The position numbers were made by a program, and so were the translations under genes. 64,000 nt of DNA from positions 365,800,001 to 365,864,000 of the forward strand of contig OZ024743.1 of the NCBI GenBank assembly GCA_964016885.1, written 5' to 3'. Below, piece after piece: positions 42,870 through 57,124 of this stretch. The first letter of the stretch is position 1. Each line of letters opens with the position of its first letter. Source of the DNA: Eledone cirrhosa (Eukaryota). The notes below the pieces were generated by a model. That model worked only from the letters and a program-made list of their open reading frames with translations. It was not told where the DNA came from and did no database searches.

Positions 42870-43835
42870 CATTGAGAACGGGTCGCAGATGGTGAGAGCG
42901 ATACGGCCACCAGATATGATGGCTAGTTGCGATATAAGCAGGCAACTGCTGGATGAATAAGAAATCCTGGACCAACAACGGTAACCTACTAGGGAAGATG
43001 GAGCAAGGGGTGACACCTGTAGCTCCCAAGAAAACTCTCGCAAACCAGTGATATACCTATGGCGTGCTGAGTAATGGCCGCCTCTGAAAACGCCTAGTCT
43101 TTGCGGATACCGAGTGTTGGATGGCTAGAATGAAATTCAGTGCTGCGAAAACTGAAAGGCTTGTCCTCTCAAGGAAGCCTGCGCAGTGCACTCTACATGA
43201 GAGTGGGGTTCCACTGAAGCAGGTAGAAGTTCAAGTATCTTGGGGCCGTGTCTACGAGTGCTAGAAGATGAATTAAGTGCAAGAATTGCAGGAGCTAGTG
43301 CAGTAATTCGCCAGCATCAGCATTCAGTAATCAGAAGAGGGGAGGAGGCGTAACAGCCAAACTCGTTATCTTCAATTCGGTATTCGTGCCAACCCTTAAC
43401 TATGGTCATGAATCTTGGGTAATGGCCGAACAAATACGATTGCGAATACAAGCGGCCGAAATGGGGTCCGCCAAAGGTATTTATTCATTATTTTGGAGCA
43501 ACGTTACTTGATAGAGTACGTAGAACGGAGGTCAGAGAGTCACTAATTCTCCGAATTCAGAGATCACTGCTGCTATACTATGGGCATGAGATTAAAATGT
43601 TTCAGGAAAGAATCACTTGACAGATTTTACGGGCAAACCAACCAGCAGGAGAACCAGGGGTAATCCCCAAGCAAGATGGTTGGATAACATCCATGAGCTT
43701 GGCTAGTCTCGCTTGGGGATCCATCTGGATCAGTTGGAAATGGTTGCTTCTGACAGGATCCGCTGGAAGGAGTGTTTGAGGACTCTGTCCCCAGAGTATG
43801 AACACTGCCCTTCCCTCTTTACCGAAGCAGAACAT
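42870..43835 (+). mobile_element. Degenerate RTE fragment
   Basis: Remnants KYLG, LNYGHESWVM, RIQAAEMG, and a 3' tail shared with the (GAA)n-tailed fragments. Confidence 0.7.
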
Positions 43836-44942
43836 TTAGAATAACTTCAAGTAGACAAACTACTCGTCAAATTCACAGTGGTGCTACTGCTTACATAGCA
43901 CTTACTAATATAATTTTTTCTACTTTTGGCACAAGGCCAGCAAATACCCAGTGCATTACTGGTACTTTATTTTATCACTAATATAATGTAGCCGTATATT
44001 TTTACTACAGATGAAATGTTTATAATAAACAGTTTCATATGCAAAATACAGATAGTTACTAGACAATTAAGATGATTGGTCATGAATCTAACACAATGCC
44101 GTCTTGTCTTTCTTTGTGCTTTCAAATGTTGATAGGGATTTAAAGGTGCTGCCAAGCCTTACATTTAAAATTGATGGAGCCCATCTCTCTTCTGACCTGA
44201 CCACAATCAATTTCTTCAGAGACTAAAGAAAGAGATGGCAGGAGGAAAGATATAAATCAACGCCAGTATTGGACTGGAACTTTATCTATTTATCCTGAAG
44301 GGTATTATTTCAACTCAAAGTGTAGAGAGCAAGAACGAATACTGCGAGCCATCCCATACGACACTCAAGCAACTATGTCAAAATTCCGCCTATAATTCTT
44401 GTAATTTCTTGACGGTCTTTCTATATACCAGAGACAATATTCATGAAATGAATTAATATTAAACTTGTCCATCATTGTCTAACCAGCTATGAATTTTAAT
44501 GAGTTTTTCCTTTTATTTATCATTTATTTATGTTTTTTCTTTGTTTTTATTTTTGCTTGCCTTTTACACATTATATCTTAATCTAAATAGTGATCCTTTC
44601 ACCACAATGGCGATATTTCGGGACTAATTATGACCAGGGCCCAGTTTCCTATGCAATTATCATGAATTTAGACCAAGCTATCTACACCAGCTTCCTTTTC
44701 CTTATTGTTCAAAAGTGTTTTGTTCCACTTAAGAATAAAATAGTTATAAACAGATGTAGGTATAAGTGAAAGCACATACACATAAATACATATAGAGCCA
44801 TACATGTGTGCGCTTTCACTCATCCCCCGCAAACACAACAGTCACATGTACTTATAGTAGGAACGGTATAAGAGAAATAAAATATATGATCAATTATCAT
44901 GTATTATAATCTATGTATATATTTTTGAGATTACACAGAAAG

Positions 44943-45031
<89 letters not shown>

Positions 45032-45035
<4 letters not shown>

Positions 45036-45707
45036 GAGGCGGATTTTCAGGTCTTTGCGAAGGTCCGACTTCCACACCGATCTCAAGCTGTGGCACGCCG
45101 CCCAGGCCTTGCTCTTCCTCTCAACCACATCATCTTCCGTATTCCAAATCTTTGCTCCCAAATACAGGAAGTCCTCAACCAATTCTAGCGGCTTCCCGCC
45201 TACATTAGTGATCTCCTCTGGCTTCCTAACATTCTCTACCAGATATTTTGTTTTAGTCTCATTCATTCTCAGCCCCACACTCATCTACACAGTCTCAACC
45301 TCCTGCATCTTTGGTGTAGTGGTGTCTGTGTTGCTGTACGGGTCTGAGACTTGGACACTGACCAAGAAACTCACTCAGATGGTGGATGGGTGCTTCACAA
45401 GAATGCTGAGGATGGCTCTGAACATTAATCAGTATACACTGAGGATGAAAAACTCAGAGCTGTATGGGAGCCTCCCAAAAGTCAGCTCAAAAGTGACACA
45501 CAGGAGACTGAGGTTAGCTGGACATGCTCACCGGCATCCAGAGTTGACATTACATGGACACACTGGAAGAGGAAGACCAAGGTTAACGTATGTTGATTCC
45601 CTAAGGACACTGGTCTGTTGGAGACGCAGGACATGGCAGCGATAATGAGGGACAGAGACCGCTGGAGAGAACTCGTCCATGGATCTCGGGAATTTGACCC
45701 GCCCTAG
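45032..45707. mobile_element. RTE copy with 5' inversion
   Basis: 45032-45309 (minus) and 45310-45707 (plus) are element-contiguous pieces of the family at 38479-39200. Confidence 0.9.
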
Positions 45708-45728
45708 AAAATGTATATATATACTGGT

Positions 45729-45815
<87 letters not shown>

Positions 45816-46258
45816 GTAATGAGATATACACACAGATACATATGTGTGTGGCGTCTGCCTTGAGCAGTTTTGCTCAATGACCAAAAGAGTTAAAATAATC
45901 ATAAGAATTATTAAAATAATCAATTAATTAGAGCTATTTATCAAATTATAAATGCGAGGAAATAATAGACAAAGATATACTTATTTTTTCTTCAAAATCC
46001 TGACTGCAGTTTCGCCTAATATCTTGCAACAACCCTGCACTATAAAAGTGCACCATCGCTGCTGTAAGGTTATAAGGCTTATGAAGAGACCCCTCAATTT
46101 AGTGGACTGTTTCTTGACCCAATCGTTACAAGTGAATAGTTCTGAGGGTGAGAGGGATTATCACATGATTCAGCGGTCACAGAAGGTGGGTGAAGACAGG
46201 ATATTTAGCTAGTACCGTATTTGGTAGCACCCAGTTAGCACCCACTTAACTCAACCAT

Positions 46259-46390
<132 letters not shown>

Positions 46391-47294
46391 GTGTGTGCGT
46401 GCGTGTGTGTCTGTGTGTGTGTAAAAGGTAAATAGATATAACAAAACAAACGGCATAGTACATCGAAGAAATATATTAGTTTAACGCTTGAAATGGCACA
46501 CACCTAACCATCAACCCTACACTTTCGGATGCATGCACACGTATGTGCGCCTAACCACATACACCACCGACACACATTCCTGTGCTCACGTCCATATATG
46601 CTTGTTTCTCTTGCGCTTGTCTGTTTTCGCGTGGCACTCAGTGCCGCAGCTGTGGCGTCGTCAGTGTTGAATGTTGCCTAACATTTACTCTGTCCCCGCC
46701 ACTTCCCGGTTCTATCCACCTCCACGACCGTAAACATCTGACTCCTTGCAGATTAGCCGTTTATGGTTGTACCACTGTATCGTCGTATGCGAAGCTAAGC
46801 AACTTCTCTTACGACCATACCAAGTAATGAAATATACAAGCGACTACCATATTCACTATCTCCACTTTTCTACACAGCCCCACTCGGCTGCTGCTATGTA
46901 TGAGTTTATGTAGGTATTTGTAGAAATTCATACACACCACATTACGTCGGTCAGTTGACGCGTGCACGCTCACTCACGCATTCCCACTCTCAGCAGCCAT
47001 CCTGTCATGGTTCAAGGCTTCTCCTTCAAAAATACGAACACACCTTCACGCGCGCACACACACACACATACACACCAGCACACACACGCATACTCACATG
47101 TATACCCACATATACAATGATTACCTCCCTTCCTAAACCTCTCTAACGCGGAAGATCCTACTTGACCAGCCACTCTCAAAGATGGCCGACTGAATACGCA
47201 CGTATGTTTTTTCTCCCTCTTTTTTCCTCATCTTTATCCGTTCCTTCATCTTCTCACTCTTTACTTTCTATTTAACCTTTATTTCTAACTCTAT

Positions 47295-47329
47295 CTACTG
47301 ATGAAGGACTAGTATCCGAAACGTTAAGA
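47295..47329 (+). ncRNA. Minimal hammerhead-like motif
   Basis: CTGATGA-A-GGA(CTAGTA)TCC-GAAACGTT-AAGA. Stem I is weak. Confidence 0.6.
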
Positions 47330-48162
47330 CTCTCTTCCTGCTATTTCAAGCGTTAAACTAATATATTTCTTCTATGTACTGTGTCGTTTGATTTGTTATT
47401 TCTGTTTACCTTTTAAATACATACATACATACATACATACATACATACATACATACATACATACATACATACATACATACATGCATGCATACGTACATAC
47501 ATACATACATACATACATACATACATGCATACATACATACATACATGCATACATACATACATACATACATACATACATACATACATACATACATACATAC
47601 ATACATACATACATACATACATACATACATACATACATACATACATACATGATGGCTGCCCCCTCGTTATCGAGTATGGCCATTGCACGATATACTATTA
47701 TTAATAATTATTAATTAATTCTATCGTGTAATGCCTGTGCGTGAAGATTTTTTTTAAAGTAAGGAAAGACTGTGCACTGAGCCAATCCCACTCTCTGAGC
47801 AGCAGTAGCTATAACCTGAATAGAAGAAAAGATCAACATCATCGGTAACTACTGAGCCGCAGGTTTTATATCGGAGTTATCCCAGTTTCCTGAGTTGCCT
47901 TCTCCTAGAAGAATGCCCTGACAAAGGCTAGGGGTCCTTCACTCCCATTGGTTTACCCGCGCGGTACATGTGTTTATACATATTTACACACTTTCGGATG
48001 GCCGTTGACTCTTATGAGTTCTTCCGCCCTTTGTCAGGTTTTGTTTTTTGTCGGCGACATACATACATACATACATGCATACATACATACATACATACAT
48101 ACATACATACATACATACATACATACATACATACATACATACATACATACATACATACATAG

Positions 48163-48650
48163 AGAGTCAACGGCCATCCGAAAAGGAGAACATTTATGCT
48201 GAAATGATGAGAAATCTGCAGATACTCCACCCTGATTACACCTTCAGATTTATGCCTGTGATTATTGGGGCACTGGGATATGTTAGTAACTGCCTCAATA
48301 CAAAACTTGAAAAGCTAGGCTTCACAGGAACAGAAAGAACACGACTAGTTAGGAAATTACAATTACAATCCATTAATGGAACAGTAAAAATATGTAAGAC
48401 ATTCCAAAAATGTTGCATCTAATAACTGCATATACACATATACAGATGAAAAGCATATACACATGCACACATACAACTCAAAACATACAAATCCACACAT
48501 ACAATAACATGCATATCTACACATGCATACATACATATCTACCTAGTTGATGTTGTGTAAATTCCAATGAGAGAGTCTTGTGTCTATGTTAGAAACCGAC
48601 TCTCTCTCTATTGGTAAAACTTTGTGAAATTATAAAACCAGAAGATACGT
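48163..48650 (+). mobile_element. 3' fragment of an RLE-type non-LTR element
   Basis: KENIYAEMMRNLQILHPDYTFRFMPVIIGALG resembles the RLE C-terminus (compare IPIVIGALG in Dong). 3' UTR hairpin GAGAGAGTC/GACTCTCTC. Confidence 0.7.
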
Positions 48651-49040
48651 ACAAGACAAGGGATATATAATCTTGATAACCACTAAAAAAGGAGAAACGA
48701 TCGTCGGTTATTTCCCTTTGTTTTCGCTGAAGTTAGGTAAGTGACGTTGTTCACCACTTGAAATTCATAGGGAAAGACCTTCAAAATGTTTCAAAATAAA
48801 CATACAGTATATTATTAAATATACAATACATACATTAATATATATATATATATACGGTGTCATTTAAACTACCGATCTATAGGCCGACAGTAAGAAAGAA
48901 AGAAACAGAGAAAAGCATATGAACACACACATGTATGTATACACACATATACATATATGTGGGTACATGTGTATATGTATGTATGCATGTATGTGTATGT
49001 ATATATGTATAAATGCATGTGTATGTATGTATTTACGTAC

Positions 49041-49154
<114 letters not shown>

Positions 49155-49186
49155 GTATATATATATACGTATATATATATATATAC

Positions 49187-49262
<76 letters not shown>

Positions 49263-49392
49263 GTATATATATATATATACGTATATATATATATATATAT
49301 AGTAATAATAATATATAAGGGTGAAAGTAGCGATTCTTTGCTTAAACTTTCATCTGTTATTTTAATAAATATCTATATACGTATATATATAC

Positions 49393-49479
<87 letters not shown>

Positions 49480-49542
49480 GTAATAATAATATATAAGGGT
49501 GAAAGTAGCGATTCTTTGCTTAAACTTTAATCTGTTATTTTA

Positions 49543-49584
<42 letters not shown>

Positions 49585-50179
49585 TAAAATAACAGATTAA
49601 AGTTTAAGCAAAGAATCGCTACTTGCATGTGTATGTACGTTAATACATACATACACATGCATTTATACATATATACATACACATACATGCATACATACAT
49701 ATACACATGTACCCACATATATGTATATGTGTGTGTGTGTGTGTATACATACATGTGTATGTTCATATGCTTTTCTCTCTGTCTCTTTCTTTCTTACTGT
49801 CGGCCTATAGATTGGTAGTTTAAATGACACCGTAGACTTCTTGTACATAGATGTTTATTGATAGTCATATTGACTTAACAAATACATTTGCATAGTTTAC
49901 TCTCTTTATAATAACCATTTGTCCCTATAAACATTTACATATAACAATGGTCTGTTATTCATATATTATCATGGTCATCTAATAAACGGTAGATTCAAAA
50001 TTAGCAACCTCATCAATTAAAATATGATTAAAATATTTTAATAATTAAGTATTTGTATATAGTTATTGCATTTTTTTTTTTGCATTTTCTCTATTCAAAT
50101 AATAGTTTATACAGTACACAAGATTGTACTAAATTGTATGTCCGTTTTAAACTAATGATTTCACTGTGGTTGTGTTGCT

Positions 50180-50310
50180 TTGGTGTTCGTTTTGCAACCG
50201 CCTGATTCTGGGTTTAGTCCTGCTGAACGACACCTTGGGTAAGTGTTTCCTACTAAACCCTCGAGTCCATCAATGTCTTCTGGGTGAAATCTGAATGACG
50301 AAAATTACAG
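50180..50310 (+). mobile_element. Degenerate tRNA-derived SINE (family B)
   Basis: GCAACC..CTGGGTT..GTCC..CACCTTGGGTAAGTGT pattern. Related minus-strand copies at about 54185-54320 and 55855-56020. Confidence 0.55.
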
Positions 50311-50319
50311 ACACGATTA

Positions 50320-50921
50320 TCCTTTTCTTCGGCACCTTTGCCCGACCCCACCTTAATACTGTTGTCAACTGTGGTCTCCCCACACGAAGCAAAGTATCAT
50401 GAAAATTGAAGCTCCTCAAAGGTCAATCGCAAGAAAGATAGATGGCATGTCAGGCCTTGACTATTGGGGTCGACTAGAAAAACTCAAACTTTATTCTCTC
50501 CAACGTCACCATGAACACTACATTATCTGCATGATGTGGAAGATATTCCATCAGCATTCTCCAAATGATTTTGGCATCACCTTTAAGGTAAACCTAAGGC
50601 TATCCGCCCACACTCACATCTCATAACAACAATACGGCACAATTATTTCACCTCAGTTGGCCCCGCTCTCTTTAACATTACACCAAAACACATTAAAACG
50701 GAAAGAGACCACATAATGTTCAAGAAGTCTTTGGACAAATTCCTTCAAGAAATGCTGGATAAACCTCCTACACCTAGATATGTGTCCGTAAACAATAACT
50801 CTCTACTTGAGTGGGCCATGTTGTCCAAATCCTGATTTGAAAGACTTCGCCAGGTGGTGCTATTAAGTTATACATGGCCTGGGTCAATACTGGTCGAAAC
50901 TTATCAAAGTTATCAAAGTTA
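50320..50921 (+). mobile_element. CR1/L2-type LINE 3' fragment
   Basis: ARPHL..YCCQLWSP..KIEAPQR..IDGMSGLDYWGRLEKLKLYSLQR..WKI, ending in tandem TTATCAAAG. Confidence 0.85.
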
Positions 50922-51343
50922 TATATATACAGTATATAGAGAAGAAAACACAAAGAGGTATGCTTTCAATTACAGGGGGTAATTAAATTACAAGGGATTA
51001 ACGCGAGTTTTAACTCAGATTTTTAATTTGATATATTATGGGCGAAGGTTTCAAGAACATCACCTTTGTCCGTTACCTTGTCGTTTCAATTTGGATTGTT
51101 ACGGGAATGTAATCTTATTATGTAAAATTCTGTCTGATAAGGGCATGGCACTGGGAACGCGGAATCACGTGGCCACTGTCGTCATCGAAATACGTATCAC
51201 AGCCTTATCAATAAAGGACTTTAACATCTCAAACTACTTCGCATTTTCTTATTCTAAATATACTCCGTCATTCCTCTGTGGAAGAAGTACATTGAGTCCT
51301 TGAATTGAATTGCATCAATGTTTACTGTACAAATATATATATA

Positions 51344-51408
<65 letters not shown>

Positions 51409-51411
<3 letters not shown>

Positions 51412-51587
51412 GATCCACTTAGATCAGTTGGGGACGATTGCTTCTGACAGGACCCGCTGGAAGGAGAGTAGGAGGACTCTGCCCCTACGACCCTCTCAGG
51501 AATAAGTGGGCGAAGAAGAAGAAGAAGAAGAAGAAGAAGAAGAAGAAGAAGAAGAAGAAGAAGAAGAAGAAGAAGAAGAAGAAGAAG
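51409..51587 (+). mobile_element. RTE 3' tail with (GAA)n
   Basis: Same tail as 56030-56293 and 43720-43800. Confidence 0.7.
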
Positions 51588-51632
<45 letters not shown>

Positions 51633-52805
51633 CGTGTATCTGTGAGTGTGTGTGTATTCAACTGGAGCACACTCAGTGTCGGATTTAGGTATATGTTAAA
51701 CAAGCTGCAACTTAAGGTCACACAATCTAAAAGGGCCTTAAAATAATTAAAAAACGTTTTCAATCTTTTATGCAGCCTTCTAATGAAACTGTTTAACATA
51801 GGGTGTCCTAGATATATACTGCTTAGAGCCTCATTAAATTTAAATTCGGTACTGGGCACGCGTGTGATTTTTTACTTATCTTAAGGAAGATTTCTCGGTT
51901 TTAGTTTGCAGTAAAGGTTGTGTTGCATTTTGTAATATGCCACCTGTGTCCTATGTACAACATACTTATGGACATTTTATCAAACATTTAAAGAGTAAAA
52001 GATTTTGTCTGTTTTTCCCTCTACAAATTATACCGGGGCAACATTTTGGTTCATATTGCACAAGATGGTGAACCTTAAAATCGATGACTTCATGAGGAAG
52101 TTTTGATACACATTTTTAACTGTTTTATCTTTCCCAAGATACTAATACTAGACTGAACTAAGTATTAAAGTTGAAATGTAAACGGCTAAAACAATAAATA
52201 CGGTGTCCCAGCATGGCCGCACTCTAACGAATGAAACCAGTAGCAAAAACAAAAAAAAAATCAATTATCTAATATATAATGATTGGAGGATTGCGGGCTC
52301 TGTCGGGGATATTTTTTCTGAACACATTATTAAAATAAGTTGGATTACTTTGAATAAATCATGAATGTATATTCTGTAATTTATCTACTAAATTTCGTAT
52401 TTCTTGATTAAACATAAATATTCTTATATATACCGTATAACATATTTTAAGATTCACTTCTCTCCGCTTATATCATAACACTTACAGCTGTACGCTATAT
52501 CATATCGCCTATATAAACGTTCATATATTTGCATTATAACGTTTATATTTCCGTCACTAATTTTCTCCTTTTTCGTTTTCATAACATTTCACCGTAATGC
52601 AGTTTATATATAATATCGTCTTGTTTTAATGTATGATGGATTACTTTATTGATTGCAGAAGAGAGTGTAACACAGTCTCTCTTCAATTTCTGTGCATATT
52701 GTCAATTATGATTTTATTTGACGTATCATATCTACATGCCTATATATTTGCGTATAATATCAATATGCACACTAGACCGAAGGGTGGCTTTTCTGCTAGT
52801 AATAA

Positions 52806-52996
52806 TAATGTTTCTACTGTTGGCACAAGGCCAGCAATTACCTCAGTGCATTACTGGTGCTTTATTTTATCGACCCCGAAAGGATGAAAGGCAAAGTTAA
52901 CCTCGGCGGGATTTGAATTCAGAACGTAAAGGGCCGTAACTCTATGCTGCAAAGCATGTTGTCTGATGTTCTACCGATATTGCCAAACCACCGCCC
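52806..52996 (-). mobile_element. tRNA-derived SINE (family A)
   Basis: Reverse complement of the family consensus. Partial copies also at 43912-43975, 53302-53373, 55201-55274 and 63354-63410. Confidence 0.85.
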
Positions 52997-53112
52997 TAAC
53001 AATTATAATAATAATAATATAGAGTGAACAATCTCAAAACTGCAACAGGCTTACAAATGTAATTACATTAATATTTCATGAGAACTTATCAAAATTCTCA
53101 AATTATGCACAA

Positions 53113-53147
<35 letters not shown>

Positions 53148-55346
53148 TACATACAAACACATACAAACACATGCACCCTCATAGATGCCCCATACACACA
53201 TACATATGCACACGCCAAACAGAGGAAATGGATTGAAGGTAAACGGGCGAGTATTGTTAAAAGTATCAACATTTTATTATTAGTATTATTTCGAAGCTTG
53301 GGTTGATAAAATAAAGTACCAGTAATGTACTGGGATAATTGCTGACCTTGTGCCAAAAGTAGAAACAATTATTATTTTAGCGCTTACAATTTTTTGTGAG
53401 TTTATTTATTCTTTCATTTTAATCCTCGTTTGTCAAGTTTGTTTGAAACAATGATTTAGATTTCGAGTTAAACACTGGTAACTTACATTTTTCTTAAATA
53501 CACAAAGAATTAGGTTTATTTTCTTTCATAAACACATTGCACGCAACCATACATAATTCACCGATGGCTTCAACAAGAACATGTATTCAATCATTTAATC
53601 AACTGGCTGTCCGCCTTGTGAAGTTATTGTGTAAGTATCCCATAAACACACGTACTCTTAACGTGATTCCCAAAGTGAATCAGCCTGGCACAATATGTGA
53701 CAAGGCTCGAGCTTCGAATTACAGTTACAATTCATTTTATACTGTAGTACGAGTATACAATAGCGATGTTGACGTCTCACCGCTACCATGACTACCAATT
53801 CAAGAAAGCGTTTAAATATAAGTTTGAAAGCAGAGTCAACGGAATGTAGTTCCAGCTAGATCCTGTCAACAAAATCTCCAATCGGTTTCAATATACAGCA
53901 AGTCTCCGATTTCCGGATGACTAAATGTCAGCAGAAGGACACCCAGGAGTCATGACCTGAATGTGGCCGGGTCCTCTTAAAATGTAAGAAGTTAAAGGCA
54001 GAAACACTCGCTTAAGTGGGGTTTCTTCTTTGAAGGCCTCCTGCTGTCCAGATCTCCTAGGAGTTTCTTACTAACGAGTATAAGTGGTTGAGTATTTCAC
54101 AGCGACACACATCCTTAAGTTAATTCCCACGCCAAATCACTGTAATTCAACATTTGACATGCCTCGATCTTAGAATTACATGTGTAACCCATTTGACGGG
54201 CTTCCGCATATTTTCTGTCTAACCAATTTCGTTAAGAAAGTTTTGGCTTACACAAAGGAATGACAAACATAGAAGCAGTGGGATCGAACCCGGAGCGTTA
54301 CAATTGCGATGCAAACCAACCTGCCTATGTCTGATACATATATCTAAAGATATATGAGGTACTTAAACTAAAACACGCATACACACCAATGTTTCCTTTT
54401 AATGATTCCTTCCAACTAAGCAGAAACTAAATCTAACAAAAAGTGGGGATGCATATATGATTGAATTTAACACAGGATATTACGTATTAGTGCTTATTTT
54501 CTTGTACCTTCAAGGATGAAAAATTAAATCAACGTTGTCACATCAAAATATTCAACTTCGTGCACCGTACATGGTTCACAGTGAATCATCTGTTTCTTAC
54601 CTATGTAATTCACCGCATCGCATTCAATGTGAGGAAAGTCTAATACTGCAAAATCTTCACAAGATTCTGTTAAAAAGTAAAGTTGTCATACGCATTTGAA
54701 TTAAGTTTCCCGTTTTCAGACATTTTGTGCCAAATCATTACAAGATGTTATATGTTAACGCTAGGTTGGTCATAATCGGGCTACCATAGGATGAAAGGCA
54801 TTCCAGTTGTAACCAAACCTTTTTTTTCCTTTTTTTTTTCTTGGCACATAATTAAGACTAGGTTACCGAATATATTTTTTCCTTTTTTTTTATTTAAATT
54901 AAGGTGTAGTTCGAGAGATATTTGGTTGCTATCCTTCGTAGAACACTTAAATCAACAAACAGTGTTCCCTCGGTACGTGTGATTTCATTGGCAACAATAT
55001 ACAACAATAAAAGGATTTTTTTTTAGCAGCCTAAAATATGTGAAGCGGCATCAAGAACTGCAGAAATAGCGGTGACATTAGCAACAGAAACAACAGCAGC
55101 AACAAGAGCAGTAACACAGTTTGTAGGTGCTTAAGCTGTTTAAACAAAAGTTGAACTGAGATCATAGACACTCTAGGCTGCTGTTTATGCAAATGTAAAT
55201 AATTGTTTCTACTTTTGGCACAAGGCCAGCAATTATCTCAGTGTATTACTGGTACTTTATTTTATCGACCCCGTAATGTAAATAATGTTACGTATTAATT
55301 GATATAAACCTAGATCTTAATTAATTACTGAGAGTGTTTTCATAAT

Positions 55347-55497
55347 AATTGTTTATACTTTTGGCACAAGGCCAGCAATTACCCAGTGCATTACTGGTGC
55401 TTTATTTTATCGACCCCGTAAGGATGGAAGGCAAAGTTAACCTCTGCAGGATTTGAACGTAAAAGATCGTAAGTCGATGCTGCAAAGTATGGCGTCA
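55347..55497 (-). mobile_element. tRNA-derived SINE (family A)
   Basis: GGCACAAGGCCAGCAATTACCCAGT..ATCGACCCCGTAAGGATG..GGATTTGAAC. Confidence 0.85.
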
Positions 55498-56029
55498 ATA
55501 GTGTTGTTATTGGTGTTTAGATCCAGCCGGCCTGATCGTGCAAACCAATGATTAAAGCCATGATGACATGACCATCCCATCATTAATTCAGACATAGTAT
55601 ATCTAGGATTACAGTATCAAATGTGTTCTTTTTTATCTTTAAAATACTGGAGACGTCAATAAGTGATATACCGGGTGTGGAATGGAATAACGATGAGTTT
55701 TCCAGTTGTTCAAACAATGGAACAACCTGCTCATGAAATTAACGTATAAGTGGCTGAGTATTTCACAGACACATGTACTCTTAACGTAATTTTCTGGGCG
55801 ATTCTGCGTGATACAATGTATGACAAGACTGGCCCTTTGGATTATAGATACAATCCACAAAACGGGCTTCCTAGCAGTTTCCATCTACCCAAAGTCACCC
55901 AACAGGCATAGGTCGACCTGAGACTATGGTAGATGGCACTTGCCTGGCCAGGATGCTACATAATGGAATCGAATCCGGACCTAATGATTGTGAAGCAGAA
56001 TTTCATAACTATTCGGCCACGATGGCAAT

Positions 56030-56293
56030 TTGTCAGGGTCATAGGGCATCGGATCTGTTGGATACGGTTGCATCTGACGGAATCCGTTGGAAGGAGTGTT
56101 TGAGGATTCCGCCCCCACGATCCTCTCCGGAATAAGTGGGAGGAGAAGAAGAAGAAGAAGAAGAAGAAGAAGAAGAAGAAGAAGAAGAAGAAGAAGAAGA
56201 AGAAGAAGAAGAAGAAGAAGAAGAAGAAGAAGAAGAAGAAGAAGAAGAAGAAGAAGAAGAAGAAGAAGAAGAAGAAGAAGAAGAAGAAGAAGA
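56030..56293 (+). mobile_element. RTE 3' tail with long (GAA)n
   Basis: GGAAGGAGTGTTTGAGGA..GGAATAAGTGGG(AGA)n. Confidence 0.7.
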
Positions 56294-56701
56294 ATGCAGT
56301 GATAAATATTCTAGGTAGATAGGTCAGGTAGATAAATAGGTATATGCGTGATTAGGTAGGTGGTGGATTGTTAGGTATGTAGTTATATATTAGGAAGGTT
56401 AGTAGGTGAAACATCATGGTATACATGGCGCTAAACTAATTTAACGGTGTATCAATGCTAGACGGAAAGAAAGTTTAAATGACGCAAACATATGGGAAGA
56501 TCTTTATAAAAATTATATTGTGAAAACAGTTGAGGTGGGAGTGAACTACTATAACTGGTGAATGGATATAGTGAAGAAAGGGAGTGGAAATATATAAAGA
56601 CTGGGAGAGTGGGTGCGTACACTTATATCTTTTATTTCCTCCTTGAATCGTATTCCCATGCGGTCAAAATTATTAAGATATCTTCCATAATTTCCTTACC
56701 A

Positions 56702-56827
<126 letters not shown>

Positions 56828-56991
56828 AATGGAATAGAATGAAACGAAACTTCATTACTCACTCTTAGTACGGCACTTACTTAAATGTAACACATTATAC
56901 ATACATAGTTATATATATATAAATACATACATATATATACATATATATATACATATATATACATACATATATATATATATTATATATATTA

Positions 56992-57026
<35 letters not shown>

Positions 57027-57124
57027 TACATATACACACACATATATATATATACACACACATATATATATACATATATATATATATGTACATATATATA
57101 TATGTCGAGGAGTAACTTGGTAAG

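Noticed and set aside
46622-46668. Minus-strand CTGACGA...GAAA hammerhead candidate
   Set aside because: No stem III, UH triplet or stem I partner.
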